NCBI GenBank assembly: GCA_024408075.1
Contig: JAKSVK010000006.1
Location: forward strand, 1 to 62,580
From: Bacilli bacterium
GTDB taxonomy: Bacteria; Bacillota_I; Bacilli_A; RFN20; CAG-826
Direction of reading: 5' to 3'
DNA length: 62,580 bases
In this document: piece by piece, positions 49,265 through 60,810 of the stretch
Layout of the letters: each line of letters opens with the position of its first letter
Position numbering within the stretch: position 1 is the stretch's first letter
Translations under genes and position numbers: made by a program
The notes under the pieces: generated by a model
What the model was told of the DNA's origin: nothing
What the model saw: only the letters and a program-made list of their open reading frames with translations
Databases searched by the model: none

Positions 49265-50016
49265 TAATCATTTCCCTCCCAAATAATAATTGCCATGTTA
49301 TCGCTTCCACCATTTGCATTAGCAAATGATATAAGTTGTTTGCACTTTCTTTCTGGAGTATCTGAACTATTTAAAATCATTTCTAAATCATTTTCTGAAA
49401 CATTATTATAAACGCCATCGGTACATAACATTATTTTTTGTCCAAAATACATAAAGTTTTTAAAGTCAACGCTGCACTCTTTTCTTATGCCAATTGCATT
49501 TGTAATTTTATGTCTTTCAGGATGAGATTTAGCTCCTTCTTCATCAAGTTTTTTACTATGAATTAGATATTCCACATAAGATTGATCAGTTGATAATTGA
49601 GCTAACTGCTGATTTTCAAGTGAATATATACGTGAGTCACCTACTTGAGCAGTAACAAGAAGATCTCCGCTAATAATGCATAAAGACATTGTAGTGCCCA
49701 TTTTTGAATATTCTTTATTCATTCTTGCTCTAGCAAAAATCTCACTATTTATTGTTTTAACAACTTTATAAATCCACTTTTGAATGGCTTTTTCATTTTT
49801 AAATTTCTTATCTAGTTGGTCAAATGAAGACTGTAATCCATTAACTAAAAATCTGGATGCAAAGTCGCCTTTATTTCTACCACCCATTCCATCGCTTACA
49901 CAAAGAAGAACATCCCCAAAAGCATTAACTTTAGCTAAATATGAGTCTTCATTATCGCTTCGGACTAATCCGATATCGCTTATAGCATAAAATGTCCCAG
50001 AATTATATCTCTTCAT
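49264..50016 (-). CDS. prpC: PP2C-family Ser/Thr phosphatase PrpC/Stp1
   Basis: SDIGLVRSDNED, DGMGG, MGTT, VGDSR, CTDG, GGSDN. Confidence 0.93.
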   Translation of the reverse strand: MKRYNSGTFYAISDIGLVRSDNEDSYLAKVNAFGDVLLCVSDGMGGRNKGDFASRFLVNGLQSSFDQLDKKFKNEKAIQKWIYKVVKTINSEIFARARMNKEYSKMGTTMSLCIISGDLLVTAQVGDSRIYSLENQQLAQLSTDQSYVEYLIHSKKLDEEGAKSHPERHKITNAIGIRKECSVDFKNFMYFGQKIMLCTDGVYNNVSENDLEMILNSSDTPERKCKQLISFANANGGSDNMAIIIWEGND

Positions 50017-51052
50017 TTTCTTTTGCCTTTGCTCTTAATTGTCCACATGCAGCATCAATATCGCTGCCAAATTCTTTTCTTATCGTGGCTTTTACGCCAT
50101 TTTTCATTAATATGTCTAAAAATGCATGGACACGATTTCCAGAACTTCTCTTATAATCAAACTTATTTGTTTCATTATATGGAATTAAATTAACATAACC
50201 ACATGTGCCTTTAATTAGATTAATTAATTCAATTGCACATTCTTTTGTATCGTTAATTCCTTCTAAAAGAAGGTATTCATATGTAACTCTTCTTCCAGCT
50301 TTCTTTTCATATTTTTTAATAGCATCAATAACTTCTTCGAGTGGATGAGCTTTGTTAATTTTCATTAAAGCACTTCTGAGTTTATTATTTGGAGCGTGTA
50401 AAGAGATTGCTAAATTTGTTTGTAAGCCTTCGCTACCATATTGAATAATCTTGTCAGGTAATCCACAAGTGGATACGGTAATATGTCTAGCTCCAATTGC
50501 TAGTCCTTTTTGAGCATTAATAATTCTAATGAAGTCCATGACATTATCATAATTATCAAAAGGCTCTCCAGTTCCCATTACTACAACATGAGTAACTCTT
50601 TCGCCTTTTCCTTCTTCTTTAAGTAAATTATTAACAACTAAAATTTGTCCAACTAATTCATGAGGAAGAAGACTTCTTTGTTTGCCAAGCATTCCACTTG
50701 AGCAGAAAGAACAGCCCATATTGCATCCTACTTGAGAAGAAACACAAACTGCATTTCCATAGTTATAACGCATTAACACAGTTTCAACTTTTGACCCATC
50801 TTCTAACTCAAGAAGGAGTTTAATAGTTCCATCACTTGAAACTTGTTTAACACTGATTTTAGGAATTGAAATTTCAAACTTTTCTTTAAGTACTTCACGG
50901 AAAGAAAGTGAGATGTCAGTCATCTCATCAAAGCTTGTTGCTTTTTTCTCATAAAGCCATGTGTAAAGTTGGATGGCTCTAAAAGGTTTTTGCCCTAATT
51001 CTACCATCAAGCTTTGTAGCTTAGATAACTCCATTCCGTACAAATTTACCAT
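50003..51052 (-). CDS. rlmN: 23S rRNA/tRNA m2A methyltransferase RlmN
   Basis: CVSSQVGCNMGCSFC, VVMGTGEP, ISLHA, DIDAACGQL. Confidence 0.96.
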   Translation of the reverse strand: MVNLYGMELSKLQSLMVELGQKPFRAIQLYTWLYEKKATSFDEMTDISLSFREVLKEKFEISIPKISVKQVSSDGTIKLLLELEDGSKVETVLMRYNYGNAVCVSSQVGCNMGCSFCSSGMLGKQRSLLPHELVGQILVVNNLLKEEGKGERVTHVVVMGTGEPFDNYDNVMDFIRIINAQKGLAIGARHITVSTCGLPDKIIQYGSEGLQTNLAISLHAPNNKLRSALMKINKAHPLEEVIDAIKKYEKKAGRRVTYEYLLLEGINDTKECAIELINLIKGTCGYVNLIPYNETNKFDYKRSSGNRVHAFLDILMKNGVKATIRKEFGSDIDAACGQLRAKAKENEEI

Positions 51053-52302
51053 CAAATCCCCACTTTTTTATTTAAAATTGCATAATATAAGCAACTATCT
51101 AACTCTTCAAAAGGAAAATATTGATGATCATCTTTGAGTTCAAATTCAGGATGATTAGCTAAGAATTCTCCAATCACATTTATCGACTCTTTTTTCGAAA
51201 GAGTAGGTATCATATAAACAAGTTTTCCGCCTTCTTCAATTAAAGAAGCACATTCTTCTAAAGCAAGTTTTTCATTTGCAATCATTTCATCTAATCTTTC
51301 TTGTTTAACTCTTAAGAAGAAATCAGGAGTACTTCTAAGTAAATCTAAACTTGTTGATAAAGGAAGACAGAAGAAAAGAGAAACAGGTGAAGAAATACAA
51401 GTTACTAAACTAGTTTCTTTTGCATTATAAACCGCTACTCCATTTAGATGATTATTCTCAATTGTATGAAGAGTATCAAAATATGTTTGAGTATGTGAAG
51501 TAACTATGTCTAGATTGATATCTTTTCCAAGTCTTGCACATAAATCTAAATATATATTATTAGGAACAGCGCTATAAATAGCGATATTCTTAATTGGTTC
51601 TACCTCAAGATTATCGATTATATATTTAGTGGCAGGTCTAAAGAAGAAAATACTATTATCTTTAAACTCTTCTAATGTTTTTGGGGTTCCTTTACCTCTA
51701 AACATCAACACATTTTCAATTGGTGAAGAAATAAAATCACTGTGTGAAGATAAGAAATCATTCACATTTAGTTTGTGCTCATCAATTCTTACAGTTGGAA
51801 CGGATTGATGATAATTTGCTTTAAGCATCTTATAAACAACACCTTTTCCATATTGTTTTTGCCACATCTTAATAACCCAACTTGGTGTATTGAAACGCAT
51901 CGATAAAAATTCAGGTGAATCTTTATCAAATTCAGTTGGAATTAATTCATTTGAATTAGAAACAAATTCAATTATTTCATCTATCTTATCGTTATCTAAA
52001 TCAGTTTTAGCTAACTGCAAAATTTCTTTATCTAAAAATCGTTTTAAGAATAAGTGATTTGCTAAATAAAATCTTAAATAAACTGTTTTTTCAAATTCAA
52101 TTTCTCCAATAAATCTTTGAAGTAAAGAATCAAAAACCAAATGATGTCGAAGTTCACAACCAACCAAAGAGGTAATATTTGATCTGATGTCTTTTTCAAC
52201 AATGTTGTTAGCCTTAAAAGCATTTCTTAAAGCAAGTGCAAAAGGGACTTCTTTAACAACTACTTTATTTAATATTTCTTTCGAAATTTCAAAAATATTC
52301 AT
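51052..52302 (-). CDS. rsmB: RsmB/Sun-like protein, catalytically degenerate
   Basis: NusB-like N-terminus, PSWVIKMWQKQYG, GGKLVY; canonical position before rlmN; SAM-binding and Cys motifs absent. Confidence 0.7.
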   Translation of the reverse strand: MNIFEISKEILNKVVVKEVPFALALRNAFKANNIVEKDIRSNITSLVGCELRHHLVFDSLLQRFIGEIEFEKTVYLRFYLANHLFLKRFLDKEILQLAKTDLDNDKIDEIIEFVSNSNELIPTEFDKDSPEFLSMRFNTPSWVIKMWQKQYGKGVVYKMLKANYHQSVPTVRIDEHKLNVNDFLSSHSDFISSPIENVLMFRGKGTPKTLEEFKDNSIFFFRPATKYIIDNLEVEPIKNIAIYSAVPNNIYLDLCARLGKDINLDIVTSHTQTYFDTLHTIENNHLNGVAVYNAKETSLVTCISSPVSLFFCLPLSTSLDLLRSTPDFFLRVKQERLDEMIANEKLALEECASLIEEGGKLVYMIPTLSKKESINVIGEFLANHPEFELKDDHQYFPFEELDSCLYYAILNKKVGI

Positions 52303-52313
52303 TCAAATCCCCA

Positions 52314-52781
52314 TTATTTTTTATGATTACAGCAATCATGTTCTTCAAAAATATCACCAGTATAGATCTCGTCATCTCCTTCGCCTTCTTGAATATCTTC
52401 GTCATATTCTTGCTCTTGAAGGTCGACTTGATTTTCCTCTGTTAAATAAGATGGGTAGGCCTCATTCTTATATTCAAAAACATCATGTCTACAGTGATAA
52501 GTAAATTCAACTTGGACATGAATAGCAATTTCTTTAATGGTATGAGAAAGCAAATCAAAAACTTGCTTTTGAACTCTTTCCATTTCTTCAGGAGCATCAA
52601 CTTTTATTATTGCCTTCCAGGAAGTTTGCTCTACTCCTTTATGAAAAACCATTGAGTCAGGTGCTATGAAATTAACTTCTTCTTCCTTAGTCTCATAGAC
52701 ATTTGCTAATAATGGAGTTAACTCTTTTGAGATTTCTCCAACAACGAATTGATCAATTCCATACACATAAACGTTAACCAT
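52314..52781 (-). CDS. DUF1904-like (tautomerase-fold) hypothetical protein with acidic tail
   Basis: Pattern similarity by eye (..ISKELTPLLA..VFHKG..VQKQV..VQVEF); D/E-rich C-terminus ending EHDCCNH. Confidence 0.45.
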   Translation of the reverse strand: MVNVYVYGIDQFVVGEISKELTPLLANVYETKEEEVNFIAPDSMVFHKGVEQTSWKAIIKVDAPEEMERVQKQVFDLLSHTIKEIAIHVQVEFTYHCRHDVFEYKNEAYPSYLTEENQVDLQEQEYDEDIQEGEGDDEIYTGDIFEEHDCCNHKK

Positions 52782-52784
52782 AAG

Positions 52785-53363
52785 CTACCTCGATTTCCTA
52801 TTTTTCGCTTTTATATAATCCACAATACTTTGACTTGCTTTTTCAACTGTATCATTTAAAACAATATAGTCATAATTCCCGGCCATACTCATTTCTTTTT
52901 TGCCTTTTTCAAGCCTTGCTTGAATTAACTCTTCGCTTTCAGTTTTTCTTCTACGAATACGATTTTCAAGTGCCTTAACATTTGGTGGCATTAAAAAGAA
53001 AGAGATAACACGATCATCTGTAACATTAGACATAACTTTAGCAGCCCCGTTGACTTCAATCTCAAGGAAAACATTTTTCCCTTGGTTTCTTAACGACTCA
53101 ACTTTATCTCTTGGGGTGCCGTATCGATTTCCAACAAATTCTTCCCATTCAAGAAAATTATTTTCATCAATATTTCTTTGGAATTCTTCTTGAGTTACAA
53201 AGTAATAATCTTCTCCATCCACCTCTTTTTCTCTTGGTGCACGCGTTGTCATTGAGATTGAGTAAGTAAAATCTAAGTCAAAATTATTAAAAATATATCT
53301 TCTGACTGTTCCTTTCCCGACTCCTGAAGGTCCTGAGAGAATAATTAACAAACCTTTTTTCAT
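52785..53363 (-). CDS. gmk: Guanylate kinase
   Basis: LSGPSGVGKGT, SISMTTRAPR, DYYF, YGTP. Confidence 0.97.
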   Translation of the reverse strand: MKKGLLIILSGPSGVGKGTVRRYIFNNFDLDFTYSISMTTRAPREKEVDGEDYYFVTQEEFQRNIDENNFLEWEEFVGNRYGTPRDKVESLRNQGKNVFLEIEVNGAAKVMSNVTDDRVISFFLMPPNVKALENRIRRRKTESEELIQARLEKGKKEMSMAGNYDYIVLNDTVEKASQSIVDYIKAKNRKSR

Positions 53364-53890
53364 AATTGGTGTCTCCTTAAGTCTTTTGCCAAGAAATCTT
53401 CACCCTTAAGTGTTTCATGAGTGGCAAGTGAGAGAAAATCTTGCTGTCTGAGCGCTTCATAAAGCACGATTGCAACACAGTTTGATAAATTTAAACTACG
53501 TGCATTAATAACCATTGGAATTCTTAATAAATGGTCAGGGTGTTCACCAAGTATTTCATGAGGAATTCCAGTTGATTCTCTACCAAACATAATGAACAAA
53601 TCATCCACTTTGTTTGATAAATCAAACGATGTATAAACTTTATTTGAATAACGAGTTACATAGTAAATTTCCTGATTAGGATATCTTTTGCAAAATTCTT
53701 CATAACTCGAAAATACATTCATTCTTAATGATTCAATATAATCTAATCCAGCTCGTTTTAAGTCTTTATCGTCAAGAGAAAAAGTGATTGGCCCAATGAT
53801 ATCCAAGGTCACATCAGCAGCAACACAAGTTCTCATAATGTTACCTGTATTGCTTGGTTTTTCAGGACGATATAAAACGATATGGATCAT
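53360..53890 (-). CDS. trmL: tRNA (cytidine34-2'-O)-methyltransferase
   Basis: IVLYRPE..NTGNIMR, KRAGLDY, FGRESTG, RSLNLSN, YEALRQ; likely start at 53890. Confidence 0.93.
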   Translation of the reverse strand: MIHIVLYRPEKPSNTGNIMRTCVAADVTLDIIGPITFSLDDKDLKRAGLDYIESLRMNVFSSYEEFCKRYPNQEIYYVTRYSNKVYTSFDLSNKVDDLFIMFGRESTGIPHEILGEHPDHLLRIPMVINARSLNLSNCVAIVLYEALRQQDFLSLATHETLKGEDFLAKDLRRHQL

Positions 53891-53891
53891 C

Positions 53892-54452
53892 TTAACCTCT
53901 AGCTTTTCTTTCTGATAAATATTTAGGTTCAATCTCTGTCTTATAAGCAGAAATGCAATCCTTAATTATTTGTTTTGCTACTTTAACGTCTTTTACTTCG
54001 TCAATAGCAGTTGATTTTCCTTCAAGAGTTTTATAAACCGAAAAGAAATGTTTAATTTCATCCATAATATGAGAAGGAATCTCGGTAATATCATTGAATG
54101 GAGAATAAAATGGATCTTTAAGAGGGACTGCAATAATTTTTTCATCAGATAATCCATTATCTTCCATAATCAAAACTCCAATTGGCTTACATTCAACAAA
54201 GCTCATTGGAATAATTGATTCGCTACAAAGAACTAAAACATCAAGTGGATCATAATCTTTTGCATAAGTTCTAGGAATAAAACCATAATTTTGTGGATAG
54301 TGAGTAGAAGTAAATAAAACTCTATCCAAAATTAAATGTCCAGTTTCTTTATCTAATTCGTATTTGTTTTTACTACCTTTAGAAATCTCAATTAAAGCGA
54401 GAAATTTCTCTGGTGTAATTCGTGATGATTTAACATCGTGCCATGAATGCAT
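53892..54452 (-). CDS. ppa: Family I soluble inorganic pyrophosphatase
   Basis: IEISKGSKNKYE, DRVL, YPQNYGFIPRT, DYDPLDVLV, DEKIIAV, FFSVYK. Confidence 0.95.
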   Translation of the reverse strand: MHSWHDVKSSRITPEKFLALIEISKGSKNKYELDKETGHLILDRVLFTSTHYPQNYGFIPRTYAKDYDPLDVLVLCSESIIPMSFVECKPIGVLIMEDNGLSDEKIIAVPLKDPFYSPFNDITEIPSHIMDEIKHFFSVYKTLEGKSTAIDEVKDVKVAKQIIKDCISAYKTEIEPKYLSERKARG

Positions 54453-54464
54453 GTTTTTTTCCTC

Positions 54465-54868
54465 CTAGTAATTGTTAACTATGTTAATTCTATTAAGTGC
54501 TCTAGCAAGTGCTGCCTTTGCTCTAGTAGAATCATGTTTTTGTTTTTCTTCAATTCTTTTAAGCGCTCTTTCTTTAGCTTTAAGCGCTCTTTCTAAATCA
54601 ATTTCATCTTTATGTTCAATGGAATTTACAAGTAATTTTACATTCGAACCTTTTGTAATAGTTAAAACTCCACCACCAATGGCATAAATCATATTTGCTC
54701 CATCTTTTTTAATTACCAATTTACAAATTTCTAATTGAGTAATAAGCGGGGCGTGATTAGGTAAAATTCCAAGTTGTGCCACAGTTGATTTCACACTTAA
54801 AAATTCAACATCACTTTGAAGATATTTCCCATTTGGAGTAAGAATTTCAACGTGTAAAACTTTTTCCA

Positions 54869-54869
<1 letters not shown>
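54465..54869 (-). CDS. atpC: ATP synthase F1 epsilon
   Basis: ILTP, LGILPNHAPLI, EIDLERA..A. Confidence 0.95.
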
Positions 54870-56287
<1,418 letters not shown>

Positions 56288-57130
56288 TTAAACAGATTTA
56301 CTGGCTGAGACAATCTCAATTATTTCTTGGGTAATTGCACCTTGTCTGGTCTTATTAAATTCAATTTTTAATTCATCTAATATGTCTTTTGCGTTATTAG
56401 TTGCGTTTTCCATTGCGTTACTTCTACTTGCTTCTTCACAAACAGATGATTCTAATAACTTTGCATGTATTTGACCTCTTACATATAAAGGGATCAATTC
56501 ATTAATTAATTCTTTTTGGCTAGGCTCCATTATTGGAGGATAGTCTAATGTTTCTTCTTTAGAAGAAATAACAGGGAGTAATTTATAGTCTTTAGGAATA
56601 AATGTTAATGAATTTTTGTATTCGCTATATAAAATATGAACTTCTCCAAAATTGCCTTTTTCAAATTCGTTAATAATAAAATTTGAGATTAATTTGATAC
56701 TTGCAGAATCTTGAGAACCATTATAATTTTCAAATCCTGGTAAAATTTCAAATTTAGCATCATGGTAATGAGCGACACCTTTACTTCCTAAAATAATTGC
56801 AGTATCAGCATCACTTATCACCGTATCTCCAACCTTGAAAATGTTTTGATTGTAACTTCCACATAATCCAAGAGTTGAACTAACAACTATAAATAACTTT
56901 TTCTTGTTGTTTTCATTTATTTTTATAAAAGGTGATTTTACTTTCTCAGAGCATAACAAAATTTGATCAACCACTTCGCTTAAAGAATTTTGATACTCTT
57001 TATTGCCAAGCATCTTATTCTTCCAAGTCTTTAGTTTGATCGTTGAAACCAGTTTCATTGCACTTGTAACTTTATATGCTCCTGAAACTGACTTAATTCT
57101 TGTTTTAATTTTGTTTAAAGCTTGAGACAT
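56288..57130 (-). CDS. atpG: ATP synthase F1 gamma
   Basis: VTSAMKLVS, GLCGSYN, AMENATNNA, RQGAITQEIIEIV. Confidence 0.96.
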   Translation of the reverse strand: MSQALNKIKTRIKSVSGAYKVTSAMKLVSTIKLKTWKNKMLGNKEYQNSLSEVVDQILLCSEKVKSPFIKINENNKKKLFIVVSSTLGLCGSYNQNIFKVGDTVISDADTAIILGSKGVAHYHDAKFEILPGFENYNGSQDSASIKLISNFIINEFEKGNFGEVHILYSEYKNSLTFIPKDYKLLPVISSKEETLDYPPIMEPSQKELINELIPLYVRGQIHAKLLESSVCEEASRSNAMENATNNAKDILDELKIEFNKTRQGAITQEIIEIVSASKSV

Positions 57131-57138
57131 AATTACCT

Positions 57139-58656
57139 TTATTCGTAATCTTTCTTATATAGAGATAGGAACTCTTCCACTGCTTTATTAAGTTTTTCTT
57201 CGTTTTGAGCAGTAATTTCCTTTTTCTCTTTAATATCTAATAAAATCTTAGAATGTTTGTTAGTCACAAAATCAAAAATATGTTCTAAGAATTTATTGAC
57301 TAAGTTTATCTTGATTTGATCTAAAATTTTGTTTTTAGCTAGATACAAATAGAAAACTTGTTTTTCAAGTGGATATGGAGAATATTGTTTTTGTTTTAAA
57401 ACCTCTAATAGGGTTTCTCCATGTCTTAAAATTGAAACAGTTGAAGAATCTAAATCTGTTCCAAATTGAGAGAATGATTTCATTTCTTCAAAACTTGCTA
57501 AATCAATTTTTAAGCTTCTCGCCACTTGTTTCATGGCTTTAGTTTGAGCTGCTCCTCCAACACGTGAAACACTAAGTCCGGCATCAATAGCAGGACGTTG
57601 TCCAGCGTTAAATAAATCTGTAACTAAGAAAATTTGTCCATCAGTAATGGAAATAACATTAGTTGGAATATAAGCAGAAATATCTCCAGATTGAGTTTCA
57701 ACAATTGGGAGTGCGGTTATTGATCCTCCGCCATATTTAGGATCAAGTTTGCATGCTCTTTCAAGTAGCCTACTATGTAGATAGAAGACATCTCCTGGGT
57801 AGGCTTCTCTTCCAGGTGATCTCTTTAATAATAATGAAAGTGTACGATAACTAACGGCATGTTTGCTTAAATCATCGTAAACGATGAGAACATCTTTTCC
57901 GTTATGCATCCATTCTTCAGCCATTGCAACCCCAGCATAAGGAGCAATATAAAGAAGTGGAGCTGGTTCACTAGCTGTTGCTGAAACAACTAATGTGTAT
58001 TTAAGCGCATCATAACTTCTTAACTTATCAACAATTTGAGCAACGGTTGAATTTTTCTGTCCAATTGCGACATAAATACAAAGTACATCTTTATCTTTTT
58101 GGTTAATTATGGTGTCAATTGCAATCGCAGTTTTTCCAGTTTGTCTATCACCAATAATCAACTCTCTTTGACCTCGACCAATAGGAGTAATCGCGTCAAT
58201 CATAGTAATTCCAGTTTCTAAAGGTGTATCAACACTTTTTCTTTCTATAACGCCTGGAGCAATAACTTCAATTGGGCGAGTTTTGTTAGTTTTGATTGGG
58301 CCAAGTCCATCAATTGGTTGACCTAAAGCATTCACTACTCTTCCAAGTAAGTTATCTCCAACAGGAACTTCCATAACACGTTTTGTACGTTTAACTTCGT
58401 CCCCTTCTTTAATTAAAGTGTCGTCTCCAAGGAGAACTGCTCCAACGTGATCAACTTCTAAGTTCATGACCATGCCGTATACGTCATTTGGGAACAATAA
58501 AAGTTCTCCAAGCATAGCTTGAGTTAATCCATAAACTAGAGCGATTCCATCTCCAACAGTCACTACTGTTCCAACGTCACTACTATCAATTTTATGATTA
58601 TAGTTTTTAATTTGCTCTTTAATTAAAGCGCTAATTTCTTTGGAATTAATTTTCAT
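57139..58656 (-). CDS. atpA: ATP synthase F1 alpha
   Basis: [36 protein letters not shown]. Confidence 0.98.
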   Translation of the reverse strand: MKINSKEISALIKEQIKNYNHKIDSSDVGTVVTVGDGIALVYGLTQAMLGELLLFPNDVYGMVMNLEVDHVGAVLLGDDTLIKEGDEVKRTKRVMEVPVGDNLLGRVVNALGQPIDGLGPIKTNKTRPIEVIAPGVIERKSVDTPLETGITMIDAITPIGRGQRELIIGDRQTGKTAIAIDTIINQKDKDVLCIYVAIGQKNSTVAQIVDKLRSYDALKYTLVVSATASEPAPLLYIAPYAGVAMAEEWMHNGKDVLIVYDDLSKHAVSYRTLSLLLKRSPGREAYPGDVFYLHSRLLERACKLDPKYGGGSITALPIVETQSGDISAYIPTNVISITDGQIFLVTDLFNAGQRPAIDAGLSVSRVGGAAQTKAMKQVARSLKIDLASFEEMKSFSQFGTDLDSSTVSILRHGETLLEVLKQKQYSPYPLEKQVFYLYLAKNKILDQIKINLVNKFLEHIFDFVTNKHSKILLDIKEKKEITAQNEEKLNKAVEEFLSLYKKDYE

Positions 58657-58666
58657 AATTTGCCTC

Positions 58667-59194
58667 CTATTTAAGCAAGGTAAGTTTCATTTGTTCAACT
58701 TTATGTTTAATTGATCCATCATAAATGTGGTCGTTGATTACCACTTTTACTCCTCCAAGAAGAGTAGGATCAATCACATTTTTCAGCTCAATTTCGCATT
58801 TTTCGACTTGAGCAATTGAAGAAGCAATTTTGCTAATTTCTTCTTCTTTTAAAGGAATACTTGAATAAAGTAGACCTTCTTTAATTTGACGATACTCATT
58901 CACTAGTGAATTAAAGTCTTGGAAGATTTCTTTTAAATAACTTGCACGGTTATTTTCAACAATGATTTTGATGAATGTTTTAATTTCTTCATCTACACCT
59001 GAAAAAGCTTCCTCCACCATTTCTAGCCTATTTTCTTTTTCTAAATATGAAGAAGACAAAATTAAAGGATATTCAGGATTTTCATTTAAAATCTTGATTA
59101 ATTCCTTTATATCTTTTTGAGCTTCTAATAGTTTATTAGAGTCCTTCTTCAAAGAAAATAAAGCAGAAGCATAACGTGAAGTGAGTTCGTTCAT
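58667..59194 (-). CDS. atpH: ATP synthase F1 delta
   Basis: [21 protein letters not shown]. Confidence 0.93.
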   Translation of the reverse strand: MNELTSRYASALFSLKKDSNKLLEAQKDIKELIKILNENPEYPLILSSSYLEKENRLEMVEEAFSGVDEEIKTFIKIIVENNRASYLKEIFQDFNSLVNEYRQIKEGLLYSSIPLKEEEISKIASSIAQVEKCEIELKNVIDPTLLGGVKVVINDHIYDGSIKHKVEQMKLTLLK

Positions 59195-59196
59195 AA

Positions 59197-59769
59197 TTAT
59201 TTTTTAACTTCCTCGATAAATTCATCCACTAAACGAGCATTGTCCTTTTCGGAAACTTCACGACCAAGAATTTCTTTAGACGCATCTAAAGCAACAGAAA
59301 CAATTTCTTTTCTGATATCTTCTTCGGCCTGTTTTTCCATACGGGCAATATCTTTTTTAGCATCTTCTTTCATTTTCACTATTTCCTGATTTGCAGATTC
59401 AATAATTGCTGCTTTTTCAAGAATAGCTTGCTGTTTGGCTTCGCTAACAATATTGGCCGCCTCTTTTTTACTTAAGAGAACAGTTTCTTCACTTTTAATT
59501 TCGTTTTCTTTCCATTTAGCTTTGCTAACTTCACTGTCTTTAATATTGTTTTCAATGTAATCTTGACGTTTGGTAATAATCTTTTTTACTGGTTTATAAG
59601 CAAAAATAATTACTACGATAATAAGGACAATAAGTGCTGCAAGTTGGGTCACAAAAGAAACCCAGTTTGGGATTAACTTACTAGTAAAATCGCTAGTTTT
59701 CATATCGATATTACAACTAGTAAGTAATAAGGCTAAAGGCGAAAGTAAAAGTAGCCTTAGTTTTTTCAT
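59197..59769 (-). CDS. atpF: ATP synthase Fo subunit b with N-terminal lipoprotein-type signal
   Basis: TM + FAYKPV..R..YI + coiled coil; preceded by MKKLRLLLLSPLALLLTSC; GGAGG RBS upstream of this ATG. Confidence 0.92.
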   Translation of the reverse strand: MKKLRLLLLSPLALLLTSCNIDMKTSDFTSKLIPNWVSFVTQLAALIVLIIVVIIFAYKPVKKIITKRQDYIENNIKDSEVSKAKWKENEIKSEETVLLSKKEAANIVSEAKQQAILEKAAIIESANQEIVKMKEDAKKDIARMEKQAEEDIRKEIVSVALDASKEILGREVSEKDNARLVDEFIEEVKK

Positions 59770-59780
59770 TAGCGACCTCC

Positions 59781-59999
59781 TTATTTTGCAACGAAAATGA
59801 TTAATATAGCTGTTAATAAAGCATAAATTGCAGTTGTTTCAACAAGAGCACAGGCTAAGATCATGTTTGTTCTTAACTTACTAGCCATTTCTGGATTTCT
59901 GCTCATGCCATCGACTGTACGTGCACAAACCCATGCTTCACCAAAAGCTGATGGCATAACTGCTAAAATAGCAACTGCTGCAGCCATTGCATTTGTCAT
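59781..59999 (-). CDS. atpE: ATP synthase Fo subunit c
   Basis: Hairpin with RNPE loop and ALVETTAIY. Confidence 0.94.
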   Translation of the reverse strand: MTNAMAAAVAILAVMPSAFGEAWVCARTVDGMSRNPEMASKLRTNMILACALVETTAIYALLTAILIIFVAK

Positions 60000-60001
60000 A
60001 C

Positions 60002-60802
60002 TTAATTTCCTCCTTCCCTTGAAAATTCATCTATATCATCCTGAGGACCTTCGTTTGCAACAAATATCATTGTTAAGAAAATGAATACTGTTGTTTGGAT
60101 AAGTCCTGAGAATAAATCAAAATATGCGTGCAAAACTGGGGTAATTAAAGGAGCAATAAAGCTTCCTGCCGCCATCGCTTGCACGTTTCCTCCAACAATA
60201 AAATTAATTACAGAGTTTCCTAAACTATTGAAAGCTCCATACATAATTGTCATTAATGTCCAACCTGCTAAAGCATTACCAAATAAACGCATTGTAAGTG
60301 AAAGTAAAGGTGCCCACATTGAAATAAGGTTAATTGGTAAAAATATTGGTACAGGATCAACGTAACGTTTAAAGTATTTCCATTTATTTGTTTTTGCTGC
60401 ATTAGCGTGAATTAAAACAAAAGAAATTAATCCTAAAGATAAAGGTGTAGCGAGATTAACTGTTGGAGCTGGTAAACCAGTAAGTCCCCAGATAAATGAG
60501 ATGAATAAATAAACAGCAACCGCCATTATGAATCCACCAAATCCACGATATCTTTTTCCCATCAAGCTTTCGACTAAGCCATCAAAGAAATTAATTCCAA
60601 CTTCTGCTAAAAACAGAATACCTTTAGGTTTTTTTAAAGGATCAGCAAATCTAGCTCTAATTGCAATATAAAAAGCAAGAACAACAATAATTCCAATAAT
60701 GATTAATGAAGAAATTGTTTCTCCACTAAGACCAGCACTGGTATCTAAAAATTGTTCTTTAATATTGAATTCATTTGCACCTGTTAGAGTTAGACTATTC
60801 AC
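60002..60802 (-). CDS. atpB: ATP synthase Fo subunit a
   Basis: PAPT, SLTMRLFGNALAG, HAYFDLFSGLIQTTVFIFLT. Confidence 0.94.
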   Translation of the reverse strand: MNSLTLTGANEFNIKEQFLDTSAGLSGETISSLIIIGIIVVLAFYIAIRARFADPLKKPKGILFLAEVGINFFDGLVESLMGKRYRGFGGFIMAVAVYLFISFIWGLTGLPAPTVNLATPLSLGLISFVLIHANAAKTNKWKYFKRYVDPVPIFLPINLISMWAPLLSLTMRLFGNALAGWTLMTIMYGAFNSLGNSVINFIVGGNVQAMAAGSFIAPLITPVLHAYFDLFSGLIQTTVFIFLTMIFVANEGPQDDIDEFSREGGN

Positions 60803-60810
60803 TATTCCTC

